Assembly (NCBI GenBank): GCA_000708835.1
Contig: DF237074.1
Span: 119,849-183,848 of the forward strand
Source: Klebsormidium nitens
Taxonomy: Eukaryota > Plantae > Klebsormidiophyceae
DNA length: 64,000 nucleotides
Reading direction: 5' to 3'
The notes beneath the pieces are model-generated. The model was given only the letters and a program-made list of their open reading frames with translations, had not been told where the DNA came from and did no database searches. Of the stretch, positions 24,021 through 36,097 are shown piece by piece; the first letter of the stretch is position 1, and each line of letters begins with the position of its first letter. The position numbers and the translations under genes are program-made.

Positions 24021-27000
24021 ATGGCCACCGAGAAGCCGGAATGGAAGATCATTTTGGAAGGCTTAAGGTGAGTTTGGTGGGGCACATGTTGTGCTGAATC
24101 CTAAGTGCAGGACCAAGGAAATGATCGACCTCATGGCTATTGAGCTGCGACCGTCTTCCTTTTACATCGACTAACATTCTTCGTTTTGCATTGCATTTTG
24201 CTGTTCTGTTTGGCTTCTGTTCGTGCTGAGGAACCAGCCATCATGTGCCACACTCCTGGCGGAAACTCATTTGGAGCTGTTGCTGGGACAAACTTAGTCT
24301 TGTAATTTCCTATGAGGGGCTGGAAAGCTTCCCTTGTGTCAGGAAGAATGCCTCCTGGCTTGAACTCGCGGGTTTACCTAAGGATTCTCCCAGGACTAGA
24401 AGCATACGCATTCCACTGAAAGCTGAGTTTGGTTGGATCTGCAGGGCATCCCTTTTGAAGAACTACCTGCCCTTCGCTTTCTTTGTGGCGCTGCTGGTGG
24501 CCCTCGCATGGCCCCTACCAGGCGAAAAAGTTTTGGAGCCAGAGGTGAGGAAATTCTCTGAAACCCTTGTCTTGAATGTTCCAAAACGCCCTTTTGCAGA
24601 GTCATCAGGTTAGATGCAGGGTGACTGTTTGAAAATGGGGGCATCACTTAGGATTTAGCGGTCGCATTCGCCTAGGAAGCCTGATATATACTTCTTTGAC
24701 AGGCTTGCCCTTTGGCTTGGGCGAACATGCTCATTTTAGATCCGGAAAGTCCCGCCTTTCAATGCTCTTGGGTATCTCAAGATGGTAACTTGACTGCACG
24801 GTTGAATGGATCTATTTCGAATCTCGTCCTCTGTTTCGCGTGTCACGTCATATTCAGTCCATAGTACCTTTATGGCAATGCTTCTCGCAGCCAGCTTTCA
24901 ATAGCCTCACGTTGCACACCATACGTCTGCCCCAGCTCAAAAGGAAAAGCGAAAACCTTCCCAAGTCAAAGTCCGCAGCTGAAACTTACTTCTCCAGACT
25001 GCTGGTTCGCAGCCTGTCTGTCTGCGGCCACATGACGGTGTATGGTCCGCTCTAATTCTCAATTGATAGAATCGTCATAATCCAAGCGCTTTAAAGGCAG
25101 ACTTGCATATTCACCTTCCTCCGCTTGTCCCTATCCTACTGACCCTTCCAAACCGCTGAGCCCAAGGACTCGTCTACGCATTGGAGCCCCGATCGCGGGC
25201 AACCTTCAGGATCTCGTTTCGACTTCTCCATTGTGACGCTGGTGTCATTTTCTTCATCTGCATCTGCATTGTCGTCATCTCGAGCTTAATGCTCCCCACC
25301 AACAATCCCTAAAAGTCGCGCATGTACGATCCTTTCTCCGTCCTTCGTTCCCAGCCTCTCTCGATAAACTTGAACATACTTCAATCCAACGCAGGTGGCG
25401 GGCTTTTGCACGTCGTCGCCTTCATCTCTAATGCATCGTCTTCTTCATCTCGGGCCTTGCCCTCTCCCCTCACGCGCTCAAACAGTCGCTACACACGCAT
25501 ACTTCGACTGATCTCCCCTTTTAGGATTCCTCAATACGTTTGGATGTGGTAAAGTTTCAATTTGATGCAATCCGACGCAGGTGGCGGGCGTGCACGTCAT
25601 CACCTTTGTCTGCATCTGCATCGTCTTCTTCATCTCGGGGCTGACCCTCCGCACCGACGAGCTCAAAAAGTCGCTCACGCGGCGCACCATCTTCGGTACG
25701 GTGTTCGGCTTCCTCTCGATCGTCGCGCTGACCCCGCTCCTCGCGTACGGCGTCCGGGACCTGCCGTTCAGCCCCCGGGAATTTGCGACGGGGCTCGCGA
25801 TCTTCTGCATGATGCCGACCACGCTCGGGGTGGGCGTCTCCCTAGTGACGTCAGCCAAGGTGAGCACAGGGAGGAGGCTCTGACGTCAAACAGTGTGAGA
25901 CTCATTCTTGTCTTGCGATGGTCGGCCTGGCTTCGTGTCAACTTCCTGGATAATAATATTATGTATCGATGGTTTCCTGCCGGACCTGCTGACATCAGAG
26001 TGTCTCACATGCTCGGGCCCCTTAACCTCGCACTCAAGATGTTGTTTTCGATGGAGTATTCGATAGTTCCCACAAAGGCGGGGAGGATGGTATTTTGTTG
26101 AATTCCGTAAACTTCGCTGTAATGAATTGCAGACTGGCCGTGCAACATGTTGGGTCCGAGTTCAAGCTGCCCGAGATGTGCAATGCTGCCAATATCTTCC
26201 TTGACGAGAAGGGTTCGCTGCTGTCGACCGTTCAAACGATGCGGGCGACTTGGCCGGACTGCAGCTCGTAGGCAAACCGGCCGGTCTGGTCTTTGATGCC
26301 ATTTACACTCCCTCGGCAGAACCTTTTGGTGCTCCCAGTGGCTGCTCGTTTCTCGTAGGCACCCCTCAACATGTTCAGAACTTGATCGACATGAGCAACC
26401 ACCCCTAACGTGCCTGGATGTCGCTCTCACTGCTATCTCTTCTACCGAAAACCAGCTTTTCGAAACCGGGCCCCCTTCTGTTTCCCGTAGGGCAACAGCG
26501 CTGGCCATCTTTCGACATGATTCACCACACAAAGAAAGCCTGGAAAGCGCTTCCACTGCTATCCGTATCCTCGTGAAGGCACTTTTCGAAGATCCTGACT
26601 TCGAACCTGGCCCCCTCCTCTTTCTCCGCAGGCCAGCCTTTCGAAACCTGAAGACTTAAGCCACCCGCCCCCCCGTTCTTTCCCCACTGAGCAATATGGC
26701 ACTGGCCATCTCCAAATTGTATGCCACCCTCCGTAAGACAATCGGGAACGTTACAAGAAAAATCCCCACCCCTTTTTGCAGGGCAACGTTGCCCTCGCCA
26801 TCTTCCTGGCGCTCGCCATCCTTCGAAATGAACCAACCCCCCAACAAATAAAATCCTTTTAAGCCATGCATCAACCTTACAGCAATTTTACCCGCCCGCC
26901 TCTTTCACCGCAGGGCAACGTGGCGCTGGCCATCTTTCTAACGGTCGGCACCAACATTCTGGGCGTGGTCCTCATCCCGCTCTGGCTGCGCGCCGTGCTG

Positions 27001-27609
27001 ACCGGCGCGAAACACGGCGTCGAGAACCTGAACATCAGCTACCTGGACCTGTTCCTGAAGCTGCTCCTCTCGTTCACGGTACCCACCGTTGTCGGGAAGG
27101 CCCTGCGCGAGTACTGCCCCGGCGTGCTCCCCTTCGTGCGCGCGCATAAAACCGCGCTGTCGCTGTTCAGCAACACCATCCTCGCGGTCATTATCTGGCA
27201 GACGATCTCGAGCGGGCGGGAGATCCTGGTCAACGCCAAGTTCGGCGACGTGTTGCTGGTTATCGTCGCAACGACGCTCATCCATTTTATCTATCTACTA
27301 TTTAATGCGCTCGTGCTGTACGGAATGCGCGTCCCGCCGTTCGAGGGCGTGTCGGTGCTGATCATGGCGAGCCAGAAGAGCGCGCCGGTCGCGGTTTCGG
27401 TCATCACGTTCATCACGTCGGACGCCGCGACGCAGGGGATCCTCGCCGTCCCGTGCGTGATCGGGCAGCTGATGCAGATCTTCGTGGGGCAGCCGCTCGC
27501 GAACTATCTGGCGGGGAGGATCAAGCGGTGGGATACGGAGCAGGCGGAGATCCAGCGCGCGCAGGCGGGGGAGGCCAAGCCGGAAATGAAGGCGGAAGAC
27601 GTGCCTTGA
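24021..27609 (+). CDS. Sodium/bile-acid symporter-like (SBF-like, BASS4/SLC10A7-type) membrane transporter, ~373 aa, 4 exons
   Basis: Exons 24021-24067, 24445-24544, 25581-25859, 26914-27609 in frame: KNYLPFAFFVALLVALAWPLPG, CIVFFISGLTLRTDEL, GLAIFCMMPTTLGVGVSLVTSAKGNVALAIFLTVGTNILGV, IMASQKSAPVAV, PCVIGQLMQIFVGQPLA. Confidence 0.88.
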
Positions 27610-27815
27610 AGTGGGTTTTTGAGGTTGGGGAGGGGCGGAAGAAGTGAAGGCGGAAGAAAGGCCTTTGAGTGTTGTGGGGATGGGCGAGGAACTGAAGGCG
27701 GAGGACGTGCCTTGAAGTTTTTCTTGGGGGTTGGGGCTGAAGAAGCGAAGGCGGCAGAAGGGCGTTGGGATAACGGGGGAATGGTGGAGGAAATGAAGGC
27801 GGACTACGTGCCTTG
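27584..27815 (+). repeat. Degenerate tandem array (~50-55 bp period, about 5 copies) derived from the last codons and stop of the symporter gene
   Basis: GAAGGCGGAAGACGTGCCTTGAAGT at 27588 is echoed near 27646, 27694, 27747 and 27795. Confidence 0.8.
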
Positions 27816-28862
27816 TTTAGGGGAGGAGGGGTAAGCGGGGCCGGAAAAGTAAAAGGGGGAACGGAGGCGCGGGTTGAGACTTGACGTGCGATCGTTGTAC
27901 GGGCAAGTTACGAGGCCGCATTGCAAGGTGCCTGTAAAGCGGGGGCATTGTCTTTTTGTGCGAGTCACTCGTCATTTGCCCGTTGCAGCCCTTGAGGTGT
28001 AAGGTAGCGAAATTGGTGCCAAGGAAGGAGTTGGGAGGATCCCACCTCCTTGAATTCGCAGGATGTTCATTCGTGGGAGAGCTCAGTAAGACGCCTGGAG
28101 CGTAAGGGTAAAATTTGATGTCACGCTGTCATACATTAGTATGGCAACTGTCGAAGGGCGCATCCAAACAACATTTAGACTTGAGGCCGTCGTCAAAAGG
28201 AAGCATAGAGGGCTTGATGGTGCGGTCATCGAAAGAAGTCGGAAAGCCTGCCAAATCGAAACGATTTAAGCAGTTGGAATCTAGGGTAGACTCTGATCAA
28301 AACGACGAAGCTATAATTTCTATCAGCGAGATCGACTCGAATTATACCGTCAGTGTGAAAAACGTTTGCGATCGGATGATCCAACCCATTACCGACTGGT
28401 CACTAACTATAGCAAAGCCGCCATGCATGCCAGCGCGTAAATTTTCGGACTCACTTCTGGACCCTTGCAACCTTATAATTGGCCACTGGAGCAAGAAGCT
28501 GCAAATCAGCTGCATGATAGATGCGATATGTCGAGTCCCGCGCCACGTCAAGCTCCCGATCTCGCGTTTGCCCGGTCCACCATATTACATATCATTGTAT
28601 GTGCGATCGATACATTGCATGCAAAGGCGATTTCGACTTCAAATTGATCATATTTATAGATCTGGCACATGCATGAGAATCCGGCGCGGCCGGCCTGTCA
28701 GCTTTGCACATATATACATGTGTGACTCAGCTACTTGTTCGAAATTATATTGACCAGCACATCTACTGGCATTCATATGGGGTGCTGCACTAGATCATAC
28801 ATGAAGGTATACCGGCCGCGTTCACCGTCATGCACATGACAGCTTCCATGCTAGTACACAAG

Positions 28863-29139
28863 NNNNNNNNNNNNNNNNNNNNNNNNNNNNNNNNNNNNNN
28901 NNNNNNNNNNNNNNNNNNNNNNNNNNNNNNNNNNNNNNNNNNNNNNNNNNNNNNNNNNNNNNNNNNNNNNNNNNNNNNNNNNNNNNNNNNNNNNNNNNNN
29001 NNNNNNNNNNNNNNNNNNNNNNNNNNNNNNNNNNNNNNNNNNNNNNNNNNNNNNNNNNNNNNNNNNNNNNNNNNNNNNNNNNNNNNNNNNNNNNNNNNNN
29101 NNNNNNNNNNNNNNNNNNNNNNNNNNNNNNNNNNNNNNN
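28863..29139. other. Assembly gap (277 N)
   Basis: Run of N in the sequence. Confidence 1.
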
Positions 29140-30582
29140 ATTCATGAACTCGGACCCAATTCTCAAGTACCGCCGAGTACGGTCGTTAGTACTGCGTACA
29201 ACATTTGTCGCGACGCGTGACACCGGTCAATCAGATTTGTTACCGGACCGTGACGCGGTCGATACCGTCGACACCCACCATAGGTAGCTTGTGTATTCGA
29301 GTTTCAATTGTCCTAGCTCTCAATTGTCGGCGCAACAGCTCATGTTTCACATGGCCGTTTAAAGACCAGCGCATATGATTCATGGCGGCCCTGCCGGCCG
29401 CCCGTGGGCTCAGGCTCAACTTGAGTCCATGCATGCATGGACCCGGCCATGCATGCACATGCAACGTACCCGGCTTCGACCATATGCAGCGCGTGCATAT
29501 ATGTTGTCGATTGATATAGAGCTCAATGGAGGATCGAGGTACTAGTAGTAGGACCAAGAGACACAATATTCAAACATGTAAGCCATGAGAAGCCTATGGC
29601 CGATTTGGCTACGGCGAGTACGAAAAGAGACCATTGGACTTGACAAAGTGTGACGCATCACTATAGTTTCGACCCACTAGGAAATCAGCCGAACTCAGGA
29701 GAACAATCATTATAATGCAGTTGCTATTGAAAAAGTCATCGGACTATTCTGGCGATTTTCAGCCAACAAGCTGTTTTCTTAGTACCTGGCACAAATTCCT
29801 TTCTGACAACTTCCGACTTCCAAGTTACTCTAGTACACAAGCGATGGTGCTGTCAATTTGCTTCAGCATGCTGCAACCTATGTACATGTCACTTTTTACT
29901 ACTTATACTTGTGGCCTGCAAAAGGAGAGAGACCGGAACGATCAGACTTGCAAAACTGTTCAGTGACGGGTCCGGATTCATAACCAGGACAAACAACACA
30001 AGGGTGGTTTTCTACCATATGTAAGCGGCCCACGTATCAGGCTCGACTGCACTTGCATCTTAGACTCCCACCCGCCAAGCTTCCCCTCATGATGAGATGG
30101 ATTCCGAAGGCATTCGTCTATCGTGAGCACTAAAAGATGCCACCAAGAGCATGTAGGAAAAGAAGCACGGCTCCACTTAGCGTACGAATCGCCCATTTGA
30201 GACCGGCCTCCTGGTTTTGAGACAACCTGGAACCTATCAGCCTGCCTCACGCGAACGGTTTTCGATAACGAATGACGCACGTTCGTTTCACCAAACGTCG
30301 AGCGTGGCGGACCGGATCTAAGGACTTGTCGACGACAAACAAGGTGCAAGATTGCATCTCGACGACACCTTATGGTGCTTCGACAAGGGACCGACTGCAA
30401 ACCGCAGGCCGACTGATGACTGCGCTGAAGACTCTGGACGTCCCATCGCATCAAGACAAACCGGCCGCAACCCCAAACGGATTTAGCAACGCGTCAAGAG
30501 TTCAACCGGTCTATGGCATCGAGAGAAACGCGACTGAATTCGAAAGGACAGCGGCAGCCAGTCCGGACGTCCGGACGCGCAC

Positions 30583-33500
30583 CTGCAACAGGTCGTCCAG
30601 CGACTGCTCCCCGTCCACAAACTTGGACAGCGCGTCCACCTTTGAGCCCGCCCGCTTGAGCAGCAGCTGCTTCAGTTCGTCGTCCCGCTCGCACGCGCCG
30701 ATCAGCGCCGCCCGCACGGGGCCTAGCATGGCCTCCAGACGTTGCACGCGCTCCAGGGCGGCCTGGGGGAAGAAGCGCGCCGTTAGACTTGGGCGCCCGC
30801 GAGAAACTACGACCATGGGCCAAGCTCGATATTGCATCTTTCAACTCAGCGTGGTCAAATGGATGTGTATCAGGTGCGTACTTGTTCGAGGGATATGGTG
30901 AAAGAGAGCGTTTTTCACTAATCCACGAACCGCAGACGCAGCACACTCTAGGTCACTGCAAAACAGAAGCAGAGAAAAAAGTGAAGCTGCTTTCTTTGCT
31001 TTAGTTGAGTGTCTGGTTTGCTGACCCGAATCAGGGATGCAAAGAGCCAAAACGCGTTGCATGAGTGAGTATATACTAAGTGACAGCCCCAATCCACAAG
31101 GGCTTGTGCTGACTGTCACTTCAAACACAATCGCATCAATGACGAATGACATGGGTGACATGGGTGCTCTTGAGAATGAGCTCAGATGCAGAGTGGCTCC
31201 TGCTGAGGGACGAGCAGGACTGCGTATGCACTCTGTATAGTGGGCTGCCCTTTCCATTCGCGGCAGATGACCTTGTTTCATCAGATGCAACGCAATGCAA
31301 ACTTTCGCAGAGTAGAAAGAACACGCGAAAAGACGCCTGGCCAGCCGCGCAGTGGTCAACAGACAATCATTATTAACCAGAGACAACAGTTCAAAATAAT
31401 ACACAGCCCTTCTTAGTACTGAGGTAACACCGCAAGCAGTCTCTAAATTGCTGCAAAGTGCGTCTTTGACGCTTGTGGAACAGGACAAACCAAAGCCACC
31501 CTCCCACCTCAAATGATCCTCATCCTTTACACTTAATCTGTGAGATGGGTTCAGTCGTACACCAAGAGCTGACTAAGCTACGGACACTCGTCCAGCAGGC
31601 AGCACAACTGAGCAGTTAATTACAGCCTTCTCAATCCTGCACGGAAAGCATACACCAATGGTCCTAAATCACCACCTCCTCAGCAAGCACTCACCTTCTT
31701 CTTTGCATTGCTCCGCGCCGCCGACGCTCGGTGCGCCATCACGTTCTTCGCCTTAGCCTCGTCTAGCGGAAGCTGCGCCAACCGTCTCCTGCGCCCCCCA
31801 GCCGGCTGAGCCACCGTCACGCCGGGGGATCCCTCTCGGCTCGGGGGAGGTGTCGCCGATCGCTCCTCCCCCTTCGGGCTGGGGCTCGGCATCGGGCCCC
31901 GCATCCGGGGGGGCGTCGGCGACCTCGCTGGCTCATCCCTACCCCCCTTCTTTGGCTCGTCTCCTCCCCCCCCGTCCTCCTCATCGGATCGGTCGCTTTG
32001 CTTCGACTCGGTCACGTTGAGCTGCCGCCTTCGCCGCTTCTCCTTGTATCGCTCAATGCTTTCCAGTCGCTCTCGCTTGAACCCAACCACAGTCGGCGTT
32101 CCTGCAGCGCTCCCCCCCCCCACAGAGGCAGGGCCACTGCCCCCAGCACGCAGCAGGGGGTTCAACTCAAACGGCGACTTGACATCGTCCTCTGGGCGGC
32201 CGTCTGCATGCCCCCCATTCCGATCGAAATGCACGTCACTGCTCTTGCCAGCGTCGGGGCTTTGCAGTGGGCCCAACCCAAGCAGCCGGCGCAGCGACGC
32301 TGTGGCGAGCGTCAGGGGGGCGAGGGCCGTGTTGCTTTTTCCCCCCGAGGGTGAAGCAAACTGCTGCTGGATGTCCCCTAGGGAGAGAGAAAACGACGCT
32401 GGCGACGGCCCAAGCGAAGCGGGGCCCCCGTCCCGGCCCCCGGCCATCTGCGCCAGCGTCCGCAGCGCCTGCTCCGCACGGTGCTGCTCCGTGTATGTCC
32501 CCTTTGCCTTGGGGGGCCCGTCGCCATTCTGCACTGCGTCTAGTTTCCCCTCGGGATCTCCCGACGACAGGCGCGCTAACCAGGGCTCGCCCCCCTTCTT
32601 CCGGGCGCTGTCCTCGGGCCATGCAATGCTGGCGCTGCGCTTGCTCAGCTCGATGGGGTCCGCCACTTGCCCATCCTGGTCTGGCCAGATCACCCCCGAG
32701 CCGCCCCCCTTGCTGCTGTATCCTGACCCCGACTTGCCAAACCCCGACCCCGACTTGCCAAGCGACCGGCCGTTCGCGTCAATTGCAGCAACCCCCACGC
32801 CTCGTTCCTCCTCCTCGCATGCCTCCTCCCACAACACTGCCCTGCGGTCGTGCTGCACTTGGTCGTTCTTCTTCCCCCCCTCTGCGCTTTTTCCACGAGG
32901 GCCCCCCTCCAGCGCTGACATCAGGTCGCGCTCAGCATGGACGGGACCTGCCCCGCCCTCATCCCGCTTCGAGGAAGCTTTCAATGCCAGCTGCAGCTTT
33001 GTCAAAAGAGCATCGGAGCCCTCAGACCGCGCATTGTGGGAAGAGGGGCCGTCAGGGGCACGCTTTGCGGCCCCGTTTGCTGCCTGGAATGCTGCCAGAA
33101 AGGCGTTCTGCGTGCTGCTCTGGGAGCGGGTCAGGTCCAGCGAGAGCCCCAGGTTTGGCTGCAGCTCTAGATTCCCGTCTTTCTCGACCCCAGCAGTCCC
33201 CTCCTCCTTCTGGCTGTTCAGTGCAGCCTGCAGCGTGTCAAGCAGGGACTGCGTTGTGCTCTGCCGCATCTCCTCCATGCCTGACGAGTTCTTTGGGGCA
33301 GCCAAAGAAGGCTCGGGTCGGATGATCGCTCCCCCCCCGCCTCGCTGCTGGGCCTCCTGGCTCACAGGATTCGGCATTCCAGCAGCCGAGAACACGGCAG
33401 CCACAGCGGCATTCGCCGCTGCTGCGGCGGCTGCTGCCGCTGCAGAGGTGACGACATTTTCCAAGCTGGAGCCCTGGGCGGGGTTGAGGAGGGCGGCCAG

Positions 33501-33699
33501 GTTGCCGCTGCTCTTGGAGAAGGGCCAGAAGAAGGGGGCGCTCTGCGCCGCAGGGGGGTTGCGATCGTCCATCCCCGCTTGCAGGATCATTGCCAGGACG
33601 GAGCTCGGCTTATGCGTAGCAGGGAGCAGTGCACTGCTGGCTCCAGGGGGCACCTCTTGAGAAGACTTTTTAGCACGAACTTGGGGTGCTGACCCGATG
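30583..33699 (-). CDS. Putative atypical bZIP transcription factor with long low-complexity N-terminus, EAR-like and CCT/Jas-like motifs; first and last exons not resolved
   Basis: Large exon 33699-31695 ends in LDEAKAKNVMAHRASAARSNAKKK (bZIP basic-region-like) and splices in phase 0 to exon 30762-30583 (AALERVQRLEAMLGPVRAAL...ELKQLLLK). Possible upstream exons near 34362 and 34130-33980. Confidence 0.6.
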
Positions 33700-36097
33700 C
33701 TGTGAGAGAAGATTACCAAGCTCTCTATAGAAGATCTGCCAGGCCCGTGCTCTTGACAGATTGCGAGGAAGGAAGCCTATGGGGGATGACAGGACTTGTG
33801 TGGAATAGAAAGAAGAAGGTGCCCTAAGTATGAGGAAAACTCCACTGTAAGAGCAGCCTCAAAAAGAATGCACCTTCTCCAATGATCGATTGGAACAATC
33901 AACCAGAGTGCTTGATATCGTGAGTCTGCTCCTAAGGTCCCCAAGCGGCCGGGTCAAGACAGGAGCTCCTAATGCCCACCTGCTTGGGGGTGGCGGCAAC
34001 CTGCATCTTGTTCTGGCCCCCAGCGAGAGCGCAAAAGAGGGGCATCTCTCCGGCCCATTCAGCCAAGGTGATGGCGCCTACTAACATCTTCTTCCAGCTG
34101 TGCCTGTCCGAGGATGATGAAGCTCTGCCTGTGATTTACCATCGACTACCTAGAAGGGTGGGGTGGAGGCCCTTCCTGGTACACAGCAAGTACCTACTGC
34201 GAACAGACTCGTGCTTTCAAGCAGCGAAGAGGAGATCAGCAAACGTACATGTGTGTGCGCTGAACGTTTGCTTTGTTGCTCTCGTCGCAGAATCTGATGC
34301 CGCGTAGGAGGCATACCATGGCGCCATAAATTCACCCCATCTTCCTCAAAAGCCGCCGCCATTGTGTCGACATATGTGTGAGGGACTTACTCTCACAGCC
34401 CCCGGGACACAGTCCCGGGTTCTAACAAACAACCTTTTACTTTTGTTTGCGGCGGTTAGACCCATATACAAAGGTCTCCTTAACCATTTTTTCGGTCACA
34501 GAAGCAGCAGCCAAATTGCCTCAGGTCAGCGGCGGCCGCTGCTTTCTGACCCTGGGTTAGGTTGTAGGACGACCATTTGAAAAACTGGTCGGTAGGTAGA
34601 ACCGGGAGACGCAGAGCTGGATGGCGTCATGCCAGAAATGGATAGGCACGCGATCGAATCTTTCAGACAGCTGTGCCTTGCGGCCGGAGTGCTCCACACA
34701 AGCCATATGGCGTCATCTCAGATCTAGCGGGTAGGACTGACACTTTCAGGATCGAAGAGTTGCCAACTTTCAGCAACTCCCAAAGTTGGACCTGATCGAA
34801 CGGTGGAGCATTATTGCCAAGGAATCTAAGATCGGGGCATTTGTCCAAACTCGCATGTCCAGACCATATGCCAATGGCGTCACCTCATAAATTCCGCATG
34901 AGTCGTGCATGAATTTCACGACGTCTGGTGGGGGAACTCGGCCCTCGGGACTCTGGAGTCTGGACTTTGGACTCTCTAGATCGAAATTGATATATGAGGA
35001 TGGCAGTTCCCTTGCCTCCGAATTGCAAAAGCTCGGGGGACGGGTAGGATGGGTTTGATAAGTAGTTAGGCCTTAGGGTTGCTAAAGATCAGCAGCCTGC
35101 AGGGCAAATATTTTGGGTTCAAATCTTGGTTACAGTACCCGAAGGTTCCGAGTAAGCCCCTTAGAGACAAATGCCACTATATACGTATACATGTTCAAGG
35201 ACCATCGTCGCAAAATTGGTTAAAACAGAATCAAAGGCTGCCGCACTCGGGGCTATAAGCAGCGAGTCTGTAGCCTGTCGGTAGGCCTTTTGCCAGTCTC
35301 CGCTCCTGTTTGATCCATCACTTGACACGAGTTTTATGCCAGGCTGCCTCGAATGTGGCTGCAAATGGACTACTGTGTTACGTATCCGCGGACAAAGACG
35401 GCAATACCTATACGCGCCAGGTCCCCTACTTATAGGGTTGGGACTTGTTGTGTCCATACCGGAACGGAACCCTACTGCTCAGCATACGGGGGCAGGTTGG
35501 TATACCTACGTATAGGTACCTAGGGTCTCAGGTCAGATCCTGTCAACAGGCATGACATTGATGGCAGTGAACAGTGATCCTGTGAAGCCTGAAGGCGTAC
35601 ACCATTGTCACCAATGGCGTCATTTTGAAACTTCCAAGTTCCAAGCTTGGCTAATGGCAAATGGCCAGGGCCACAGGGAAAGGCACAGCTAGCCCCGGCA
35701 GAGCTGCGCAAGAGCTCCTGCACGAGGTGGGCCTCCAATTTCAAACTTCCAAGCAGCGCCAGCCAGCCTCGAAGTAAAAGGTGCCAGCTGTGGTATCGTG
35801 CCTACGTTGCGGAAGTTGCCAAACAGACGATCAGGAGCTGGCGAAGTTTGTGGCGCTCCACCTCACCTCATCATGGAATAGAAAGTGACTGGTCACATCG
35901 TTGTAGCCTTCTGATTTTGGAACATTGGTTGATAAATGCGGACTCTTAGGAATCGGGAGCACAATGTGTCGCAAACCGGCCAAAAACAACATAAGCCGCC
36001 CGATCAGTCGATTTCCAGAAGCCCCATAACGCTTTGCGCCAATTGCTTGCAATTCCAGCGGTGGCGCCTTTGCACTTGAAAGTACAACAAAGCAAAA

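Noticed and set aside
28115-28753. 212-aa intergenic ORF
   Set aside because: No recognisable domain, lacks the GC3 bias of the real genes, non-ATG start, and runs into the CATG-rich palindromic tract. Would need RNA-seq support.
28851-29841. 12-bp direct repeat CTAGTACACAAG on either side of the gap
   Set aside because: A single 12-mer match within 1 kb can arise by chance; no extended LTR-like similarity.
32017-33660. 547-aa and 352-aa plus-strand ORFs
   Set aside because: Antisense to the large exon of the bZIP-like gene; no recognisable motifs; typical GC-rich shadow ORFs.
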